DNA of 20,435 nt from Pseudomonadota bacterium (lineage in GTDB: Bacteria > Bdellovibrionota_B > Oligoflexia > Oligoflexales > RGVZ01), in the NCBI GenBank assembly GCA_041178085.1, contig JBEGVZ010000032.1, forward strand, positions 1 through 20,435. Reading direction: 5' to 3'. Below, piece by piece: positions 15,408 to 20,435 of this stretch (positions within the stretch are counted from its first letter, which is position 1; every line of letters starts with the position of its first letter). The position numbers and the translations under genes were made by a program. The notes under the pieces were generated by a model, which saw only the letters and a list, made by a program, of their open reading frames with translations, was not told the DNA's origin and did no database searches.

Positions 15408-17765
15408 TTGATCATCACTGCGATCAAATACCGCACCAAGGGGAGCAACGAGCCGGAAGTATTCCGGTTCACTGCCGGAACTGCCGGCCTCAGGCATGCG
15501 ATCTGTTTTCAATCTGCCGGCCCTGAAGGCGTGGCAAAAGCACAGGCCGCACTCGCGCTGGTCCTGAACGGAACGGCATCGGGGCTGGTTTCTGACGCAG
15601 CCATCCAGATTGCAGACAGCGCCGGAGATACCTGGGTATTGACCAGGGGATCCCAGGGCTTCTCGGTGAGCCGCAACGGGGAGTCTTTGTCCAGCGAGCA
15701 GGTCAGGAAATCCCTGATCTCTGCCTTGCTAGATATCGACCTGGCCATGGGCAGCGGGGGTGCGGGCACTGGCGTTTACGCAGATGGTGATCCGATTGCT
15801 GCGATGCTTGAAATCAGCCGCGGAAATGGTGGCCGGCTCGTGATCACGCCCGCGGGAGACGACGGGCATGCACGGACCAAAGGTCAGGAAACACAATCGA
15901 CGGAAGATAAATTCCGTGGTTTCGTTGACGATGCGATCAAGTCGGCGACCTCCCAGATTGCAACTTTCCTTGGCGCCAGCATCGTGCCGCGCATCCACGC
16001 GCATGAAGGACTCCTGCCAGACCTGGTTCGCAAGGTGGAACCGCTGGTCAGGGAAGCACGCGATCTGGAAATGCAAGTCAAGGAAGTCGAAAACCCGGAT
16101 ACGTTCTCGCGCGAAGACCAGAAACGCCTGGACGCGCTACTGCCGGAGATCGAACTGATCGACCGGATCAAGGCCCTTGCGATGCCGCTGCTCGACCCTG
16201 CAGACGGAATCAGCGCAATCCAGGACAGGCTCCGCGCAATCGACCATGAATTGTCGCTGCGCCTGTCGAGTTCGGGCTCACAGACCCTTCCAGAACTCGC
16301 GCATCCAGCACTGAACAGGGAATGGCGGAAGGCGTTACGTCCCCTGGCACAGTATCAGGCCGCCAAAGCCTTGCTCGAGCAATGGCGTAGCCTGCTCGAC
16401 GGAACCAGGGACGAACTCGATCCGCTCATTGCGGAACACCTCCACTCGGTTGAAGAGTCAATCCGCAGGGACGCCGAGTTGTCTGGCGAGCTGGAATCCA
16501 GCATCCAGTTTCTGCGCTTGAAGCTCACGCCCGTACCATCTTCGATCGCCGCATTCCAGGCGCCCTCGGCGGCAGAGCCGCGCTACGCTGCGCATGGCGG
16601 AGTGCAGCGCACCGTCAATACGTGGTTCGACAAGTTGAAGGATTCCATTCAGGGAAGCCAGCCAGCGCCACAGGCGGCAATTCCGCAGCAGCGCACGACT
16701 GAGTTTCCCCCGCGTCAGTACATCGAAATGCTGGAAGCCACCGAAGTGGCGGTCACGTGCACCAACAAGCGGCTTGATGTGATGCAAAGTCATGTCGAAG
16801 CAATCCGCTCTGATATTGACGCGCAACGTGACAGCTTCATGTCCAGCATGAAGCGCATGGATGAGCAGTGCCAGGAAGCCAACCGCAACTGGCTTGAGGT
16901 TGCGCGAGAAGCTGGACTTGGACCGGAAGCTTCTGATTTCCAGGTGGACCAGTTGGTTGACTTGCTGCTCAATCGGTTTGAGTTGCTCAAGCTACAGGAA
17001 GAAAAAGAGGAACTGCGGAGCAAGTTGCAGGACCGACTGGCCCGCTTTGACGCCCTGGAAAGGCTGATCACGGAATGGCGCCAGATGACGGACAGCCAGA
17101 AGGCGCTGGACTTGTCTCATCCGGGGATCATTATCTCCGAAGCACGAGCGATCATCCGGTACCGCGACGAGAAGAACAAGGTTGCTGAGCGCCTGCGGCA
17201 GCTCAAGGAAAAGAGCAAATCGACCTTCAGCAAACTGTCCCGCCTTGATGAACGGGCCCTCAGACTAAACCGTGACTGGCAGGCAACCTTGCAAGAATAC
17301 CGCCTGCCTGCTGTCAGCGCGGGCGATCCAAGGTGGCCGGAGATCCTTGATGCGGCACGCCGTATCACCACCCTGGGCCGCCTGCTGGCCGAGTTCGCGA
17401 CGGAATGTGCGGCAGCAGCCCAGAACAGGTCGCACACCAGCCTGCAAGAAAACGCTGCGCGCGAGGCGGCCGGTAAACCGGTACTTGTCTATGTCTGGCG
17501 CGTTGAACGGTCGACCGAGCTTGACCGGGAAGAGTTCATGCGTTTCACGAGGGAACAGTCGTCTGGCGCGCTGCTTGTGGTGCTGACTGCAGATCCCTTG
17601 CTGGCGGCTGATTTGTACCATCATGGTTCGGGCCGTGCGATCGAGATCCGCCCACAAGCGAGGATCGCCGCACAGCCGCCACAGCTCCAAGACCCGTCGG
17701 CAGGGACATTATTGAATCCGCGTGCACGTCAGGCTCTCGCTGCATTGACGAATCCGCGGAAGTAA
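15408..17765 (+). CDS. Long coiled-coil protein with SbcC/YhaN (SMC/Rad50-like) architecture and degenerate ATPase motifs
   Basis: N-terminal beta-rich head (IITAIKY...FRF...AGPEGVAKAQAALALVLNG...DTWVLTR), a long helical middle, and a C-terminal head-like part (PVLVYV...LDREEFMRF...LLVVLTAD). TTG 15408 after GCGGGG is preferred to the ORF track start 15357. Confidence 0.7.
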   Translation: MIITAIKYRTKGSNEPEVFRFTAGTAGLRHAICFQSAGPEGVAKAQAALALVLNGTASGLVSDAAIQIADSAGDTWVLTRGSQGFSVSRNGESLSSEQVRKSLISALLDIDLAMGSGGAGTGVYADGDPIAAMLEISRGNGGRLVITPAGDDGHARTKGQETQSTEDKFRGFVDDAIKSATSQIATFLGASIVPRIHAHEGLLPDLVRKVEPLVREARDLEMQVKEVENPDTFSREDQKRLDALLPEIELIDRIKALAMPLLDPADGISAIQDRLRAIDHELSLRLSSSGSQTLPELAHPALNREWRKALRPLAQYQAAKALLEQWRSLLDGTRDELDPLIAEHLHSVEESIRRDAELSGELESSIQFLRLKLTPVPSSIAAFQAPSAAEPRYAAHGGVQRTVNTWFDKLKDSIQGSQPAPQAAIPQQRTTEFPPRQYIEMLEATEVAVTCTNKRLDVMQSHVEAIRSDIDAQRDSFMSSMKRMDEQCQEANRNWLEVAREAGLGPEASDFQVDQLVDLLLNRFELLKLQEEKEELRSKLQDRLARFDALERLITEWRQMTDSQKALDLSHPGIIISEARAIIRYRDEKNKVAERLRQLKEKSKSTFSKLSRLDERALRLNRDWQATLQEYRLPAVSAGDPRWPEILDAARRITTLGRLLAEFATECAAAAQNRSHTSLQENAAREAAGKPVLVYVWRVERSTELDREEFMRFTREQSSGALLVVLTADPLLAADLYHHGSGRAIEIRPQARIAAQPPQLQDPSAGTLLNPRARQALAALTNPRK

Positions 17766-17895
17766 TTCTTTGTTGATTTAAAGTTGCGTGTGATATTATT
17801 TTTTAGATCATCGCTTGAAAAGCGTTCAAGCAAGCATTGTTGTGAGGACCAGGTAAAAAAACCGGTCACAGAAGAATCATTCAAGGAGGAATTCT

Positions 17896-18126
17896 ATGTT
17901 GGGTGTAATGGAAGCAACCGTCGAGGCGCAAGCAGCAGCACCGGCCAAAAAGAAGCCGGCCAAGCGCCGCAAAAAGGCCAAGAAAGCAAAAAAAGCCAAG
18001 AAAGCTGCCAAGAAGAAGCCAGCTAAGCGCAAAGCCTCCAAGAAGAAGGCCACCAAGCGCAAAGCAACCAAGAAAAAAGCGACCAAGAAGAAGGCCAAGA
18101 AGGCCGTTCGTCGCAAGAAAAAGTAA
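17896..18126 (+). CDS. Lys/Ala-rich histone H1/Hc2-like basic protein
   Basis: 76 aa with 33 Lys and 6 Arg, in pentapeptide repeats KKKPA/KRKAS/KKKAT/KRKAT. Perfect AAGGAGG SD, AT-rich upstream region and its own terminator. Confidence 0.85.
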   Translation: MLGVMEATVEAQAAAPAKKKPAKRRKKAKKAKKAKKAAKKKPAKRKASKKKATKRKATKKKATKKKAKKAVRRKKK

Positions 18127-18166
18127 TTGACGCGGGCAGTTAAATGCCCTGTGGTCCAATCACTTG

Positions 18167-18199
18167 AAACCGCGATCCAGGATGGATCGCGGTTTTTTT
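18167..18199 (+). terminator. Intrinsic terminator
   Basis: AAACCGCGATCCA-GGA-TGGATCGCGGTTT continuing into a T tract. Confidence 0.9.
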
Positions 18200-18287
18200 G
18201 TTGTTGCCGTACCTCTCACGGGTGGGCATAACCTAGGCTCGCGAAATCGCAGTCAAACTGCCCTTTTTGTTCAAGGAGTCCCGTCCC

Positions 18288-20402
18288 GTGAATTCTGTGC
18301 TGGTGATCTATGCTTGTGCCCTGTTGGCCGTCGTTGCAGCGCTCTACTATGCCGCGCGGGTCCGTGCCGTAACCCTCGAATCCGGAGGTAACGCCCAGGA
18401 GGTTGCCCGCTTCAAGGAAATCTCCGATGCGATCGCTGAAGGCGCGATGGCGTTCCTCGCACAAGAATACCGTTACGTGGGAATCTTCTCGGTGGTTTTC
18501 GCGGGGCTGATTTTCTTCGCGCTCGACGATAGCGCCACTCCAGCCGTCAACGAAGGGTTTTACAGCGCCGTCGCATTCGCCTGCGGCGCTCTGATTTCCT
18601 CGCTCTGTGCGTTCCTGGGGATGAAAATCGCGACGATGGGCAATGTCCGCACGACCGTGATGGCACGCAAAGGCATCAGTGATGCGTTTAAAGTGGCCTT
18701 CCAATCAGGTGCAGTGATGGGCTTCGGGCTGGTAGGCTTGGCAGTTCTCGGCCTGTTGACCCTTACCCTGGTTTACACAGATGTGATTGGTAACATCCAC
18801 CTGACCATGGAAATGGTGGCTGGCTTTGGCCTCGGCGGTTCTACTGTCGCTTTGTTCGGCCGGGTCGGCGGAGGTATCTACACCAAGGCAGCAGATGTCG
18901 GTGCGGACCTGGTCGGCAAGGTCGAACAGGGCATCCCGGAAGACGATCCCCGCAACCCGGCAGTCATTGCGGACAACGTTGGCGACAACGTCGGTGACAT
19001 CGCTGGCATGGGCGCAGACCTCTTTGGTTCATGCGCCGAGGCAACCTGCGCAGCTCTTGTAATCGGGGCCACTGCAACGGCCATTGCCGATAACGAGGCA
19101 GCCCGTCTGTACCCGATCCTTCTGACCGCCGTCGGAATTCCAGTTTGCCTTGTGACTGCTCTTTTCGCGCGCATGGCACCTGACGCAAAATCTGCCGAGC
19201 CTGTGCTCAAGCGCCAGCTGCTTTTGTCGACGATTCTCATGACTTTTGCCGTAATCGGCGCCACCAACTGGGCCATGGTCGACAGCTTTGACCTCCATGG
19301 CATGACCGTGACGCGCGGCGGAGTCCTGACCTCAGTGCTCGCTGGCCTCTGGTCCGGCCTGCTGATCGGATACGTCACCGAGTACTACACGTCCCACGCC
19401 TACAAACCAGTCCGGGGCGTGGCTGACGCCTCCAAAACGGGTGCTGCCACCAACATCATCTACGGCCTTAGCCTTGGTTATGAGTCCGCTGTCATTCCGG
19501 TCCTCGCCCTCGCGGGAACCACCTACCTGTCTTGGACCCTGGCTGGCATGTACGGGATCGCCCTCGCTGCGATCGGCATGATCTCCACCATCGCGATCGG
19601 CCTGACCATCGACGCTTACGGCCCGGTCAGCGACAACGCCGGCGGCATTGCCGAAATGGCGGAACTCGGACCCGAAATCCGCAAGCGCACGGACATGCTG
19701 GACGCCGCGGGTAACACGACCGCTGCCATCGGCAAGGGGTTTGCGATCGGATCGGCCGTGCTGACCGCACTTGCGCTGTTCGCTGCATTCCTTACCCGCT
19801 CTGGCGTCGAAACCCTGAACCTGCTTTCTCCAAAGGTTTTCGCAGGTGTGCTGGTCGGTGGCGTACTGCCTTTCCTGTTCACCGCGCAAACCATGCTTGC
19901 AGTGGGCAGGGCCGCTTTCTCCATGATCGAGGAAGTCCGCCGCCAGTTCCGTTCCATCCCCGGCTTGCTTGAAGGCAAGGCGCGCCCGGACTACAAGAGC
20001 TGCGTTGCGATCTCGACAAAAGGAGCGCTCCGCCAGATGATCGCGCCGGCTGTCCTCGTGATCGGCTCACCGCTTCTGGTTGGGGTTGTCTTCGGAATCG
20101 AGGCACTTGCGGGCTTGCTAGCTGGTTCGCTCGTAACTGGAGTCGTGATGGCTCTCGCCTCGTCCAACTCGGGCGGCGGCTGGGACAATGCAAAAAAATA
20201 CATTGAGAGTGGCGTTCATGGCGGCAAGGGCAGCGAAGCCCACAAGGCGGCCGTTGTTGGTGACACCGTTGGTGACCCGTTCAAGGACACATCGGGCCCT
20301 TCCCTGAACATCCTCATGAAGCTCATGGCAATCTTGAGCCTGGTTTTTGCTCCGTTCATCAAATCGGCGCACATGGTAGTTGCCGGCTGGTTTGGAATGT
20401 AA
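18288..20402 (+). CDS. hppA: Membrane-integral cation-translocating pyrophosphatase (K+-dependent, probably H+-pumping)
   Basis: [80 protein letters not shown] and [14 protein letters not shown] motifs. GTG 18288 follows AAGGAG. The ORF track start is 18267. Confidence 0.97.
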   Translation: MNSVLVIYACALLAVVAALYYAARVRAVTLESGGNAQEVARFKEISDAIAEGAMAFLAQEYRYVGIFSVVFAGLIFFALDDSATPAVNEGFYSAVAFACGALISSLCAFLGMKIATMGNVRTTVMARKGISDAFKVAFQSGAVMGFGLVGLAVLGLLTLTLVYTDVIGNIHLTMEMVAGFGLGGSTVALFGRVGGGIYTKAADVGADLVGKVEQGIPEDDPRNPAVIADNVGDNVGDIAGMGADLFGSCAEATCAALVIGATATAIADNEAARLYPILLTAVGIPVCLVTALFARMAPDAKSAEPVLKRQLLLSTILMTFAVIGATNWAMVDSFDLHGMTVTRGGVLTSVLAGLWSGLLIGYVTEYYTSHAYKPVRGVADASKTGAATNIIYGLSLGYESAVIPVLALAGTTYLSWTLAGMYGIALAAIGMISTIAIGLTIDAYGPVSDNAGGIAEMAELGPEIRKRTDMLDAAGNTTAAIGKGFAIGSAVLTALALFAAFLTRSGVETLNLLSPKVFAGVLVGGVLPFLFTAQTMLAVGRAAFSMIEEVRRQFRSIPGLLEGKARPDYKSCVAISTKGALRQMIAPAVLVIGSPLLVGVVFGIEALAGLLAGSLVTGVVMALASSNSGGGWDNAKKYIESGVHGGKGSEAHKAAVVGDTVGDPFKDTSGPSLNILMKLMAILSLVFAPFIKSAHMVVAGWFGM

Positions 20403-20435
20403 AAACGGACCAGAAAGCGAATTCTCGTAATCCAG

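Noticed and set aside
17947..18123. Roughly 15-nt periodic repeats as a CRISPR or tandem array
   Set aside because: They are degenerate codon-level repeats of KKKAT-type peptides, with no spacers and no cas genes.
17877..18159. Hydrophobic Phe/Leu-rich minus-strand ORFs resembling small membrane proteins
   Set aside because: They are the antisense shadow of the Lys codons of the H1-like gene, which has the SD and terminator.

Overview
This is a moderately GC-rich bacterial chromosomal window. Gene content and style suggest a diderm, possibly Bdellovibrionota/Oligoflexia-like organism, but that is inference only. Recognisable housekeeping genes are accD-folC-lptD on the minus strand converging on lptE, an HU gene, a Lys/Ala-rich histone H1/Hc2-like protein and a K+-dependent plant-type membrane pyrophosphatase (hppA). 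Uncharacterised genes include an HTH plus coiled-coil protein, an outer-membrane beta-barrel with a TPR-like lipoprotein, a Cys-rich STAS protein and a small Cys/His protein. Two regions stand out. The first is a 1056-bp IS1-like element (11565-12620) with 26-bp imperfect terminal inverted repeats, a D-D-N catalytic triad and no flanking target duplication, lying exactly between the HU terminator and the stop codon of the convergent gene. The second is a three-gene block in which an intact SAMHD1-like HD hydrolase is closely coupled to a dihydroorotate-dehydrogenase-fold protein lacking its catalytic residues, divergent from an SbcC/YhaN-like coiled-coil protein with degenerate ATPase motifs. 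I saw no rRNA, tRNA or CRISPR array.
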